In this document: in pieces, positions 1 to 11,970 of the stretch
How positions within the stretch are numbered: the first letter of the stretch is position 1
How the letters are laid out: the number at the start of each line of letters is the position of its first letter
NCBI GenBank assembly: GCA_001600815.1
Contig: BCKZ01000006.1
Location: 186,001-250,000, forward strand
From: Alloascoidea hylecoeti
Taxonomy: Eukaryota
Direction of reading: 5' to 3'
DNA length: 64,000 nucleotides
Notes under the pieces: model-generated
Told to the model about the DNA's origin: nothing
The model's input: only the letters and a program-made list of their open reading frames with translations
The model's database searches: none
Position numbers and translations under genes: made by a program

Positions 1-1
1 T

Positions 2-2143
2 GAGGATACTGAGAATCTGAAATGGACGACATCTCTACAAGATACTGCACTAGGTCCCACACGAACCTTATGTATAATGAACTTGCCTAGTTCGGTAACC
101 GATTCCACCTTACATGATATTCTTAAAAATTTTGGGCTAATCACAAGTATTAAATTAATCCAGCAAGAAGGATGTGCTTTGGTAGAATTTGACACTGTAG
201 ACTCATCAATGGAAGCTAAAGTCTCTCTCAATCATTTAGAGTTTGTCCCTGGTGTTCCATGTATTACTGCATTTGCGAAATATATTAAGAATGTTCAACA
301 AAAACAGCAGTTAATACCCCCTGCGTTGGAGACACAACTTGAAGAGAATGATCAAGAAGAATACGAGGAAGAAGAAGAGGAAGAAAAAGAAAAAGACGCC
401 GTTAAGCATGCCCCAGAATTGTCACAAATTTCTGATGATTTAATAGCAATCTATGAAGAATTAGACTCTGATAATAGGGTTTATATTAAGGACGCAATTT
501 TGATTGCAGAAACAAACAATTATGAACCAGACTTTCCAGCTTTACCGATAACTAATTCAAGACAGACTGATTCCTCACAACTTCGTGATTTTCGTAGAAG
601 GCTTGATACTCCGACAGCAACAGAAGAAGATGGTAATGAAATCGCTAATACATTAATGTCAGAAATTGATATTCTAGCAAGTGATTATTTAGGTAATACA
701 ATTGTTCAAAAATTATTTGAATTATGTTCAATTGACGTAAGATTAAAGATAATTGAAAAATTATCATCATTTATGGCATCTATTGGTATTCATAAAAATG
801 GAACATGGGCTGTTCAGAAATTAATAAATGTCGCACAATCATCAGAAGAGCAATTATTAATTTCAAAGTCATTACAACCATATACAAAATTATTATTTAA
901 TGATCAATTTGGTAATTATGTTTTACAAGGATGTCTTAAATTTTCACCTCCATATAACAACTTTATCTATGATGGTATAATGTCTGGTTTCCATGAAGTT
1001 TCACTTGGTAGATTTGGTGCAAGGGCAATAAGAGCATGTTTAGAGAGTTCTTTTTCTTCAAAACAACAAATTTTAACTGTTGTTGCTTTGGTTTCTGTTT
1101 ATTTTGAAACACTTTGTTTTGATAGTAATGGAGGTTTACTTATTTCATGGTTATTAGAATCTGATCTAAAACAAAGCTATACAGTAATTTCTAAGAAACT
1201 AATTAATATGGAAAGGAATAAGTTTATTGATATCTGTACTAATAAAATTGGAAGTGCTGCTGTTTTAAAAGTTATTGGAAATAAGGATGATGTCAATGCA
1301 AGAAATGCAGTTTTACATAGAATATTCCCAACAATATCATTAGAATCTGTTGAAAATACTAAAGATAAAGACGCAGATACAGATAAAGTTGAAGATGAAA
1401 ATGAAAATGAAAATGAAAATGAAAATAAAAATGAGAATGAAGTAAATGAAAGTGAAAATGAAAATGAAGCAGTGTTGGAAACGATTCTTCAAGATGCATC
1501 TCATGGACCTACATTTATATATAAGATTCTTACATCATCATCTTCATTTTGGGATCAAGAGCAAAAAGCACAGGCGATTACATTAATAAGAAATGTGTTA
1601 ATTACCTTGAATGTTAATAATAATTACTATAGAAGACTTTTTGATGAGGTTGGATTACCAAACCAGAATCAAGGCACTGGCCAAGGGCAATCAAAGAGAC
1701 ATCATCATCACCACCATGGATATGGAAATGGTAATGGAAACGGTAATCCAAATGTAAATAATAACAATGGGAATAATAGTGTCAAACATCGAGGAGGTGC
1801 ACGTGGGTATGGAACAGGATATCAAGATTATCAAACAATGCCATATATTAATCAATTACAAGGAAATATTCAACCTCCACAGCTACAACAATATGATTAT
1901 CAGAATCAAGGAGGTGTTGAATTGTCTCAACACTTTGAGCAAATGAATCTAGGACAGAACCTGGGTCAATATTACGAACAACCCTCAGCTCTATTACAAC
2001 CGACACAATTAGTTGGTGTTTATCAATCTTCACCCCAAGTATTAGGAGCTCAGTTGACTCAACAATCACAATCAACACAGCAAGGACAACAACAATATTA
2101 TGGGTATACGAATACCAATATAAATCACAATCAAGGATATTAA
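2..2143 (+). CDS. JSN1: RRM plus Pumilio-repeat RNA-binding protein (Jsn1/Puf1-Puf2 type), 5'-truncated by the window edge
   Basis: The frame is open from base 2 (…LGPTRTLCIMNLP…, RRM start; CALVEFDT RNP1). PUF repeats: SDYLGNTIVQKLFE, IHKNGTWAVQKLI, NDQFGNYVLQGCL, GRFGARAIRACLE. Q/N-rich C-terminus. Confidence 0.9.
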   Translation, partial: EDTENLKWTTSLQDTALGPTRTLCIMNLPSSVTDSTLHDILKNFGLITSIKLIQQEGCALVEFDTVDSSMEAKVSLNHLEFVPGVPCITAFAKYIKNVQQKQQLIPPALETQLEENDQEEYEEEEEEEKEKDAVKHAPELSQISDDLIAIYEELDSDNRVYIKDAILIAETNNYEPDFPALPITNSRQTDSSQLRDFRRRLDTPTATEEDGNEIANTLMSEIDILASDYLGNTIVQKLFELCSIDVRLKIIEKLSSFMASIGIHKNGTWAVQKLINVAQSSEEQLLISKSLQPYTKLLFNDQFGNYVLQGCLKFSPPYNNFIYDGIMSGFHEVSLGRFGARAIRACLESSFSSKQQILTVVALVSVYFETLCFDSNGGLLISWLLESDLKQSYTVISKKLINMERNKFIDICTNKIGSAAVLKVIGNKDDVNARNAVLHRIFPTISLESVENTKDKDADTDKVEDENENENENENKNENEVNESENENEAVLETILQDASHGPTFIYKILTSSSSFWDQEQKAQAITLIRNVLITLNVNNNYYRRLFDEVGLPNQNQGTGQGQSKRHHHHHHGYGNGNGNGNPNVNNNNGNNSVKHRGGARGYGTGYQDYQTMPYINQLQGNIQPPQLQQYDYQNQGGVELSQHFEQMNLGQNLGQYYEQPSALLQPTQLVGVYQSSPQVLGAQLTQQSQSTQQGQQQYYGYTNTNINHNQGY
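1337..1468 (+). repeat. Coding GAAAAT hexamer microsatellite (Glu-Asn repeat) in JSN1
   Basis: (gaaaat)n run encoding ENENENENENKNENEVNESENENE. Confidence 0.85.
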
Positions 2144-2860
2144 TGATAAATGATGATGAATCGTTTTTTAAAAAACCCATATAGCTTTTGTTTGTTTGGT
2201 GATCTGTTTGTTTGTTTTTTTGTTTGCTTTGTTTTCGTAATTATAATTACAATTTAGTTTTTCTTTATTCTTCGAAATGCTTTTTTTTTTCTTCCCGACT
2301 TTTTCATCATTGTTTTTGTTTGGAATTTGAAATTTGAAAATTCGAACTCTTGAATTTTTTTAATTTTTAAACTAAGATCTTTATTTTTGCTAATAATTAC
2401 GTTTCATTTTAACATTAAAATTTGCACATCCTTTGACGATTGTATATTGACTATAGCTAGTGGTTTTGTTCTTGGCTGATACTATTACTATTATAATGCA
2501 TTCAAATGTTATGGTTCATAAGGTAATTTCATGGATATGAGAAATCCAAACATGAACTATAATTATAACAGGTTTAGATATTTTGTATGTATATTTATAG
2601 ATTAATAAATTTATGGCTATTAGAAGCTCAGTGCGGGTAAATAGCAACGCCTCGCCATGCAGCAGATGGACGGATGTGTGAGTAATGAGTATAACAGGTG
2701 AAGTCTCTTCACCAAACAAACAAACATCACACTTTTTTGCCAACCTCTTTTTTTTCTATTCTTTTTCTACTTCTCTGTCATCTTTTGGAAACTTAGTTTC
2801 TCATCAGATTTTTTATACATTTACTCATATAAGTTTGTTGGTTAACACTATCTAATAGAC

Positions 2861-5479
2861 ATGGCTTGGACTCCTGGACGAAGTTCGCCTTCTGCTTCAC
2901 AGATCTCTACTATTTCGAATTCGGAACGACATTCCACAAGCAATTTATCACTCCTCGACCTTCCCCCAGTTATCTCTCAACGACGCCACACACATCATAC
3001 ACATCACATGGAGTTAAGAAATAGGAATGACGAAGCTAGGAGTGGCCGTTTCGCTGGTCCTGCCGAGGATGGTTTTGTGGACACTCAAGCTACTAGTGCC
3101 GACTCCCAATCTGAACAAGAAGACCAAGGCCGAGAACTTGAGATCGACCTTGATGAAAACGGAAGACCGTTGGACGATGACGATGACTATGATGGTGACG
3201 AGCATTTTGATGTTAACTACGATATTGGAACCTCCGATAAACCTCAGGCTTTAAGTCGTTCTTTTAATGAAGACTCTATAGTTCGCCTGTCCACTGGTGG
3301 AGCGAGTAGATACAAACAGCACTCCAATCATTTATTCCCATCTTCTATTTCTGTACTTCCTGCTGAGTTATTAATTTTGATTTTTAATAATTTAACAAAA
3401 AAGTCTGATATGGTTTCCGTGTTGACAACGTGTCGCGCGTGGTGTCATCTCCTCATCGAAATGATATGGTTCAGACCAAACATTCAAAACAAGGAAACAC
3501 TTCTGTTGATCTCTGAGGTTTTAAACAACAAGGATACTAATATGTTTCCTTATGCATCGCTCATTAAACGTTTAAACTTAACCAGTGTCGTCAGTCATGT
3601 GACTGATGATCAACTATCTGCTTTTAAAGATTGTAATAGCTTAGAAAGACTGACACTAACAAACTGTGTTAACCTAAATGATGAACCACTTGCCTCGATC
3701 TTAAACAACAATCCAAATCTACAATCCATAGATATCACACAAGTGTCAAATATAACAGATAATACCATAAATGCCCTTGCTACAACATGTAAAAGACTTC
3801 AAGGACTATATGCTACAAAATGCTCACAAATTACTGATAATTCGATTATTGAACTAGCTAATAATTGTAAACTATTAAAAAGAATCAAGTTAACACAGTG
3901 CGATAAAGTTACTGATCATTCAGCTTATGCCCTAGCAACAAATTGCCCAGCATTGCTAGAAATTGATTTCTTTGGGTGCTCATTTTCAACAAATGAATCG
4001 ATTCATAATTTATTTATTCAACTAAGAAATTTACGAGAATTTAGAATTGCATCGGGTCCATTATTGAATGATTCATCACTTACAAAGTTTGATAATGATT
4101 TAGTTTTTGATAGATTAAGAATTATCGATTTAACATGTTGTACAAATGTTACTGATAAATCTATCGAATCTCTTGTTACACATGCACCAAGATTAAGAAA
4201 CGTTGTTTTATCAAAATGTATAAATATTACCGATAGGTCTCTAAAATCTTTAGCTAGATTATCTAAATCTTTACATTATGTTCACTTGGGACATTGTTCA
4301 AATATTACAGATTATGGTGCTTGTATTCTCATCAGAAGTTGCCACAAACTGCAATATATTGACTTAGCCTGTTGCACGCAGTTGACAAATCAAACATTAG
4401 TCGAATTGTCTACTTTAACTAAACTGAGAAGAATAGGATTAGTAAAATGCGCTAATATAACGGATGCAGGGATAATGGCTCTTGTGGATAGGAAAGGTTA
4501 TGAGGAAACATTAGAAAGGGTACATTTATCATATTGTACAAGCTTAAGCCTATATCCAATTTTTCAATTATTAAGAACTTGTCCAAAAATTACACATCTC
4601 AGTCTTACGGGTGTTCATGCTTTTCTACGAAATGATTTAACAAGACATTGCCGTTCTCCTCCTCCTGATTTCACTCCTCAGCAACAATCGATGTTTTGTG
4701 TCTTTAGTGGTCATGGAGTCTTGAAATTAAGAGAAGAATTAACAAGAATATTTATATCACCTGATGGCTTAAATCTTTTCAATACATTTAATAGATCTCT
4801 TAATCAACAAGGAACCTTTCATCAGCCTTTACAAGTTCCTGGGCTGGGGTTTCCACAACTAAATCATATGAATGGCCTTCCCGCTTTATATAATGAAGAA
4901 GAAGAAGAAGATTTAGGTACTGCTCGTCAACGAATAAGTACTCAAACTAGACAACAATTGCCACCACATCCACCGCTTCAACTTCCTCCCACAAACTTTG
5001 GATTGGCTAATTTATTTCAACAAATGAATCCTGAAGGTCATTTCACTATTAATGGACAACAACGACCAATTAATGCTGTTGGATTAAATAATCTTATAAT
5101 GCCACATTTAAGGCCTGATTTTCATAATCCTTTAATGCGCCAAGATGCTATTGGACAAGCAGTACAAGCAAGGAGGTTTAGGTTTGGAAATACTTCGCCT
5201 ACTCGCGATTTAATAGAGCCTGATTTAGTACCTGATTTTGATGCATTGTTTACCCAAAGACACCTAGTCAACAGACGGCAACAAACACAGACGCCGCCGA
5301 TTCCTCAAATATCCCAACCACAACAGCTGCAGTCACAACCCCAACAACTGCAGCCACTACCGGAGACCCCAACGGTGACGGAAACTATGGTCATACCGGA
5401 AATTGAGGCTTTGCCAAACGATCCTCGAACACCAATGAATATGCTCACAGATCCCAATGCATTTGAAAATAGAAGTTGA
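2861..5479 (+). CDS. GRR1: SCF F-box/leucine-rich-repeat protein Grr1
   Basis: F-box ISVLPAELLILIF…CRAWC. LRRs LERLTLTNC, LRIIDLTCC, APRLRNVVLSKC, LHYVHLGHC, KLRRIGLVKC, LERVHLSYC. Grr1-typical PPPDFTPQQQSMFCVFSG. Confidence 0.95.
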   Translation: MAWTPGRSSPSASQISTISNSERHSTSNLSLLDLPPVISQRRHTHHTHHMELRNRNDEARSGRFAGPAEDGFVDTQATSADSQSEQEDQGRELEIDLDENGRPLDDDDDYDGDEHFDVNYDIGTSDKPQALSRSFNEDSIVRLSTGGASRYKQHSNHLFPSSISVLPAELLILIFNNLTKKSDMVSVLTTCRAWCHLLIEMIWFRPNIQNKETLLLISEVLNNKDTNMFPYASLIKRLNLTSVVSHVTDDQLSAFKDCNSLERLTLTNCVNLNDEPLASILNNNPNLQSIDITQVSNITDNTINALATTCKRLQGLYATKCSQITDNSIIELANNCKLLKRIKLTQCDKVTDHSAYALATNCPALLEIDFFGCSFSTNESIHNLFIQLRNLREFRIASGPLLNDSSLTKFDNDLVFDRLRIIDLTCCTNVTDKSIESLVTHAPRLRNVVLSKCINITDRSLKSLARLSKSLHYVHLGHCSNITDYGACILIRSCHKLQYIDLACCTQLTNQTLVELSTLTKLRRIGLVKCANITDAGIMALVDRKGYEETLERVHLSYCTSLSLYPIFQLLRTCPKITHLSLTGVHAFLRNDLTRHCRSPPPDFTPQQQSMFCVFSGHGVLKLREELTRIFISPDGLNLFNTFNRSLNQQGTFHQPLQVPGLGFPQLNHMNGLPALYNEEEEEDLGTARQRISTQTRQQLPPHPPLQLPPTNFGLANLFQQMNPEGHFTINGQQRPINAVGLNNLIMPHLRPDFHNPLMRQDAIGQAVQARRFRFGNTSPTRDLIEPDLVPDFDALFTQRHLVNRRQQTQTPPIPQISQPQQLQSQPQQLQPLPETPTVTETMVIPEIEALPNDPRTPMNMLTDPNAFENRS

Positions 5480-5983
5480 AAGCAGATATAAATAAGCTAG
5501 TATAGCTGCATTATGAGAAAAAAAGATATGGTGTAAAATCAGTTGCATGCTCGGACAATAAGTATATATTTATAGCCATATCTCTCCTATTAAAATTTTT
5601 ATTGTTCAACTTGATCTTAATGAAATTACTTTTTGTAGTTGTTACCTCATTGTTATTATTATTACATTTTCCATTTTATCCGGCCATTTATATAACAGCA
5701 TTACAATTGTAATTTTATTTAAGTATAACTAGTTTTTCTTTTTCTATAAGATATATATGATGGGTAAACTGTGATTTATTGCATTAGTAACTTAACTGGA
5801 ACATATTCAACATAGTATATGCCATTTAAAGAAAAAATCAGTTAATATACTAATATTACTTGGCTTCTGATATGTAATGTAAGCACGTGAAATTGAATAT
5901 TTTTCTTCTTCCCCTCTGAATCTTCTAGCAACAGTTAATATTGCTAGAATTTTCATATATAAAATTCAAGGCTGGTTATCAAA

Positions 5984-6528
5984 ATGAGTACAGTATGAAA
6001 CAATAGTGAACCATCTTTAATAAAGCGTGGTATAGCACTCTTTGTATTGTTAGCCATCTTTTGATACTCGGAAAATGAAATTTGGAATTGAAAAACTAAC
6101 AAAAAATAAATATTAGGTATACGTTTCAGCAATATTATCATTCCTCTGTAGTGTAGGAGGTTCAATAGCTTATTTGTAAGTTTATTAGCTATGGTTCATT
6201 TATGATGATGATTCAGATCTTTGAAAACGTCGGAACAAAACTAATTATAATTAGTCGTCGTGGTTCTAAACCTTCTTTGATTTCGGGGGTTTCACTTGGA
6301 GTACTTTATGCTCTTTCGGCAAATCAAGCAAAGAAAGGATCAAAATCAGGTATTACAATATCATTAATCGCATCAGTTATTTTAGCTCTTGCTGGGGGGT
6401 TTAGATCATTTAAAACTGGATTTCAAAAGCCAGTTCCCCTAGGTTTGTTAATTTTAGGGGTCTTAACTAGTTTATATTTCGGAAAAAAACATGGTGAGGT
6501 GTTGCCATTGAAAGCTGGTTATCGATAA
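5984..6528 (+). CDS. TMEM14-family small membrane protein (Tmh11/YJR085C-like), 3 exons: 5984-5992, 6117-6175, 6255-6528
   Basis: Introns 5993-6116 (GTATGA…ACTAAC…TAG) and 6176-6254 (GTAAGT…CTAAT…TAG). Splicing gives MSTVYVSAILSFLCSVGGSIAYFRRGSKPSLISG…, matching the TMEM14 GG..gY.r.GS.PSL.aG pattern. The 9-nt first exon is the least certain part. Confidence 0.8.
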
Positions 6529-8513
6529 ACATTCAATTCTAGATTTAAAAGTAAAGTGAAGTAATTAAACCTATGATACTAATAATTATAAAAGATTTTA
6601 AATAATTAACAAGTAAGAATATCAATGGAATATATCTTTTTGGGGGGTTCTGTAGACGATCATGATCCAAGGTCAGCATTTATTTTAGTCGATGGTAGAG
6701 TATTTTTGTGTTTAAGTGTCGATCTCACGATATGTCGTTTGACAATTGTCCCTATAGTAATATCTTTCACCTAACAATGATATTTATCTATCTAGATATC
6801 ATAGACATGCGCACTGTGCAGGTGGCCCTACATTAGTATTGTTATTAAGTTAGCAATATGATTGTCTTATATTACTAGTAGGTATTATCCTCAACTTACT
6901 CATTTCCCTTGTATCGCTTCTTCTTTGTTCTTAATTAAGAAAGCTATCTATTTTTTCTTGGTTAGAACTTAGTAGAGTAGCTGGATTCTTCATGATGACT
7001 TGTCGTATACAAATACCGAAGAAGGTGAACTTGATATCGATGATAACTACGCATACAATTACAAATATTATCAAAAGACATGTAATCAGAGCGGTAAACA
7101 GGTTACAAGATGAGACCGCAACAAATAAATTGCAATGGTATACCTCAAATATATATAATGTACCATCTGTTAGCAGGTGTATGATTGCAGTTATAGATTT
7201 AATATAAATCAACTATCGATATATAAATACAGTGTTAAATGAATCAATTGTCACTGGCTTGAGCAGATCGTTCTATCATATGCTTATCTCTGTTTTTCAA
7301 ACTCTTTGATTTCATTTTCAAAAATTTATTGAATAAGTGGTAGTGGAAATTGACATTTCAATTGACTTTGAGTTTAATATGGTCTCCATTAGATAGCTGT
7401 AAGCATATATATATAAGATCTTATAGATGACTATCATCTCCGATAACCAGATAGGGTAAGGTACAGAACCAGTCTTATTCACGCTGGTATCCGTTCCCTT
7501 CTAAGCCTAACACCAGTAGTGGATTACAGGTTACATATATGTCCCATGAGACACCAAGTTCGGACAAATTTAAATAATAAATACAACTACAAAAATAATG
7601 CCAAGGATCACCATCTTCAGACCAGTTAGGATGGTGAGGAAGCTGACTGAAAAAATATATCTTTCAATTTCACTAGAAATAAAGGGGTTGGATTATAATG
7701 TACTGACGGAAAGATTACAGAGAGTTGTTAGAGTGTTGAGTCCTAAAAAAGCTAATTAAAGTTAGATTCCCACAATACCTCTATCTATAGCGTTTCCAGT
7801 CGATTTCTTTCACATTTGGTAAAGTCGTATATATAATAATATTACATATATAATATATCTAATATCTATACCCTAGTATAGAAATGCTTAACTGGCGAAA
7901 AGTTGGACGATAATTATTCATCAAAAGATTTTTGTTGGTGGAACTGTCATTTTAGGGTAACTTACAAACATACATAACTATAAATAAGCTACGTCCCTGA
8001 AACCTTTTTATCGAATGCAGTTCTATCATAAACTTAACACATGTATATACACATAGCTACTCTCAACTTGCAATTGCAATATATTCATTGATATCATAAT
8101 TATTAGATAAGTTAAAGCATGAGCAAGTATGACTAATGGGGATCTCCAAATGAGGATACTTTTTTGTTTGGCTATTATCTATATTGGGGAAGAGGTAAAC
8201 ACAAAAATCTAAATAATAGCGAGTATTAAGGTTAGGTTTAACTTATTACTGTATTAGTTTAATTTATCGTATGTACCACGTGAACATCAGTGCGGTTATC
8301 GTTGTATATTATGTATATAAAGTTCAGATTACTTACTTGTTTATTTTGTTGCTTGGTTAATTTTGATTTTTAACTACGATTAGTTCTTCTTATATATAGA
8401 CATATAGTTATAATTTTTATATTCTATTTGAAACTATCTTTTTGTTTATTTTCTTTACAATTTCTCTTTATTTACAATTAATAATATATCCTTAAATAAA
8501 CATTCAATTTCAA

Positions 8514-9842
8514 ATGAATTGTGATTCAGAGTTATTTTTGTTTGAAAACACGAAAGATTATATCTTTTCCAATCACAACAAGAAAAACATAATCGCTATT
8601 AGCGATAATGAATGTCAATTCGACCCAAATGAATATATGGCAGAGGATTGTAAGCCCTTAAAGCATATTAATCGACATCATAAAAATAATCTTAATGCTT
8701 CAAATTTAGCACATGAGAGGTACCATCTGATCAATAAAAAACTGAATTCAATTAAAAGTGATCCACTACAATCGAGGGAAATACAAAAACCGCCGCTTGG
8801 TGTAACTTTTAAATCAGAAAGAATAAAGATTCTTTGTAACAATTATAAAAATCCTTATGATCATGCATATGATGATGGAACAACCAATACAACAAACAAT
8901 TTGATAAAACTACGACTTGTTGAAGGAACAACAAAAAAAAATTTACATACGGTTAAGGAAGGTCGATTAATATGGGAAAAAGAAAATGGGAAAAAAGTTA
9001 CACGAAGAACTGGCTTAGGTATACACTTTGACTTAATAAATAATAATTCTATTAATCTACAGAATCCAAAAACTATTATGTTGAAAAGTCCAGTGGATGA
9101 ATTAATAAATTCAATTAATACTAAAGGTTCGAGTCATCTATCAATATTGTCTAATTATAACCGAAGTTCAAATACTAGTTTAAACACTTCAAAGACTACA
9201 CATTCTTTGACTAATACTACTATCGAATACCCAGATGTATTGAATCATTATTTTTATAAGCTAGCAGAAAAAAAAAGACAGATAGTAGAGCTTTCAGAAA
9301 AGCTACAAGATGCACAAGAAGATTATCAAGTAATGGAAATGAATAGCCCTATATCAGGTTTTTTGCCACAATTGTCAACGTTTCCTAATTCATCAACTTC
9401 TAATTCACCTCCAGGGAATTTAGAGAATTTGGAGGATATGTTTACTTTCGAATCACCAAAACTAAATCTGAATCTTTTCGAGGAAAATTCTGGTAATGAT
9501 CCACATGATCATTTTAAAAGTGGGAACGCTAACATATACTTACCTAACACCCCACCTCAAACACCCCCTTCTCCTATGACCGATCCTACTCTTGCTCCTA
9601 ATTATTTTTCCAAACTTCCTCATCCTTTCAACTCTCATCCTATCCATACTGCTTTAAATTCTCCTCCTAATATTCCTCCCAAAAATAATGCATCTGCTTG
9701 TTCTAAAATAAATTCAAAGAATTCAAGAGATCTCAGTAATACTGAAGCAAAACCAAAGGGAAATGAATTAATAAAATCAATATTATCAAGATTTAGTTCA
9801 TTATCATTAAATTTTAAATCGAGACTAAGAACTAAAAAATAA
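8514..9842 (+). CDS. Uncharacterised 442-aa protein with one coiled-coil segment (possibly Tda11/DUF4048-like)
   Basis: Long ORF in AT-rich DNA, mostly N/S/P low complexity. YKLAEKKRQIVELSEKLQDAQED resembles the LA.kERrvlEL.EeL..Ae motif I recall for Tda11-like proteins. Confidence 0.6.
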   Translation: MNCDSELFLFENTKDYIFSNHNKKNIIAISDNECQFDPNEYMAEDCKPLKHINRHHKNNLNASNLAHERYHLINKKLNSIKSDPLQSREIQKPPLGVTFKSERIKILCNNYKNPYDHAYDDGTTNTTNNLIKLRLVEGTTKKNLHTVKEGRLIWEKENGKKVTRRTGLGIHFDLINNNSINLQNPKTIMLKSPVDELINSINTKGSSHLSILSNYNRSSNTSLNTSKTTHSLTNTTIEYPDVLNHYFYKLAEKKRQIVELSEKLQDAQEDYQVMEMNSPISGFLPQLSTFPNSSTSNSPPGNLENLEDMFTFESPKLNLNLFEENSGNDPHDHFKSGNANIYLPNTPPQTPPSPMTDPTLAPNYFSKLPHPFNSHPIHTALNSPPNIPPKNNASACSKINSKNSRDLSNTEAKPKGNELIKSILSRFSSLSLNFKSRLRTKK

Positions 9843-11504
9843 AAACAATAAAAATAAATATAACAGCAACAAATCTAATAGTCATAACATCGATATCAAT
9901 AACAACTAACCATAATAACCAATTACAAAGAAGAAAGACCGTTTAATTATAAATGGCTCTTTATAGATTTAAGAAAGTGATTTATTTAATTTTCTTAGCT
10001 TACAGGTTCAAGAAGAAGGTGAGGCTGAATATTTTTACTATAATGATGAGAGTTATAATAATGATGTTATTTCAAATCACACTACGACATAAATTTCCTA
10101 TGATAAATACATAAGAATATAACTATATGATTAATGTGACATATATATAACTAATGATCATGTTTAGTTGGATATAGCATTTATTATGATTAGTAGAATT
10201 CCAACATGTTTGTTATGGTTTGTTGCGATTCATATGTTTCTGTCATTGTTGGTTTTATTGAAATTTGAACTATATAGTAGTGTTATGCGACAGCATACAT
10301 AGGCATATATAGATCACTATTCTCATTTTTATTTAGAGGTTGGGATTGATATACACATATATACATTGATATCAAGCAAGAAAAACACATAAACACGTAG
10401 TTTTTTTTTAACTCGGTTGCAATGATTTTATCTACTCCCATAAGCCAACTGTAATCAAATAAGCAAATAATGTAGTGGCATATTAATTTATATCCAAACT
10501 GAATTTAAGTCATTTTACACCACAACTCGAAAACTATTATTTCTAGCCCGGCGGTCATACCCCTCATATTAAAATTAAAGGAACCTCCACATGATAGCAC
10601 CTTATCTATTGGTTGTTTGTTTGAAATATTTACGTTTGGTTTTTAGGGTTAGAATAATCGTTATTGTTGGATATATTACACTCTTAGAACAGTTCACTAA
10701 AGAGTCGATTGGCTTTTTGACAATTGGCTTTTTGGCGATTCTTTTTGGCTTTTTGGTGAAATTGGGAGAACAGACATTTTGAACTTTAATAGTTTTGATC
10801 TCATTATTTACCAATTTAGTATTGTAATGAGTTTTCCATTATTATTAGAATAGTAAAATATTAGACTATATAAAGATTAGATATTTCCTACTTATAATAA
10901 ATTAACTGAGAATATTGATTTTCCCAAACAGATATCGATATTATTATTACTACAGAAATGGATTTCGAGAACTACATTAAATAACTTGCTGAAACAATGC
11001 AAGAGCTTGTGAAGCTTAAGGAGATGAAAGGTAAAAATTATCCTATCAGACACCTCTGTACTTATCAATGACTTTTTGTTTGCTCGTTTATTTCTTAAAA
11101 ATAGTTAAGGGTTATAAAATCTGAAAGTGTTCAACGAGCATGTGAGAGCTGTTACTGAGAGAAGATACTCTAAATCGCAGATATTTAGAAGTCAAGAAAA
11201 CCCTTTTATAAAAACTGTGGTACCCGTACCAAACCTGTGTTGGTAAAACTGCATTCTTTCGATTCTCCAAAGTATGCCTTCCTACTTTCCACCACAACAT
11301 TTTTCTTGTTGTAGGCCTATAACTATATTAAAAAAATGTGATATTGTAAAACTTATACTCCTTTAAAGGATTAAGAATAATGCTTTTCTGCATTATTTTG
11401 GATTAAAGGTATAACCATCAAAATATAAGCTAAACTATTAAATCCGATTTTTAGAAAAATATTTTGTTATTTAATATAATTTACCAGATCTAGAGAGTAT
11501 GCCA

Positions 11505-11970
11505 TTTTTTTTTCGTTTACAATTGTTTCACATGTATTCGTTTTTAAATCTTTTTATATCAGCTTATGTCAATATCACTAAATCGTCTCTATAAGAATCA
11601 TTTCAGAGATGGTACTCAAATCTTTAATGATTGTATGAGTCTGTATATTGGGATACATTAATTCTAGATTTTCCAATGAGATATCTTTTCCATCTATTGT
11701 TTTGAATATGAATGTCTTTATTTGACAATGAGTAAAGATGTGATTATCTGTTCTCATTACTGATTTCAAGCATAGTATGCACCCTTCAAATGCTTGTGGT
11801 GAGAATAATTCAATCAGTGAAATTGTGAGTATAAAGTCCACTTATCCTGAGGTTCTCCTACGTGTAAGGATATATTGATTTGTGATAGTGTTTTCCGCCA
11901 ATCACAATTAACTTTTGTTCAAGGATCAATTCTTGTTTGTCCAATTGGTATAATTGGTTCTACAGGCTGG
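11505..11970 (-). mobile_element. Degenerate 3' end of an L1-clade non-LTR retrotransposon (ORF2 C-terminal CCHC finger)
   Basis: The minus strand reads …PIIP…DWRK…*VDFIL…CILCLKSVMRTDNHIFTHCQIKTFIF. This is collinear with PIIP…EWK…CILCLKPNVEIKEYIFNQCRLKTIIF at about 59530-59840. In-frame stops are present and a short A-tract lies near 11505. Confidence 0.7.

Noticed and set aside
4465..4476. GCAGGGATAA in GRR1 is complementary to one arm of the 44.9-kb hairpin
   Set aside because: A single 10-nt match is expected by chance in 64 kb, so it is not evidence of targeting.
6900..7800. Short ORFs and coding-like fragments
   Set aside because: No identifiable family motif.
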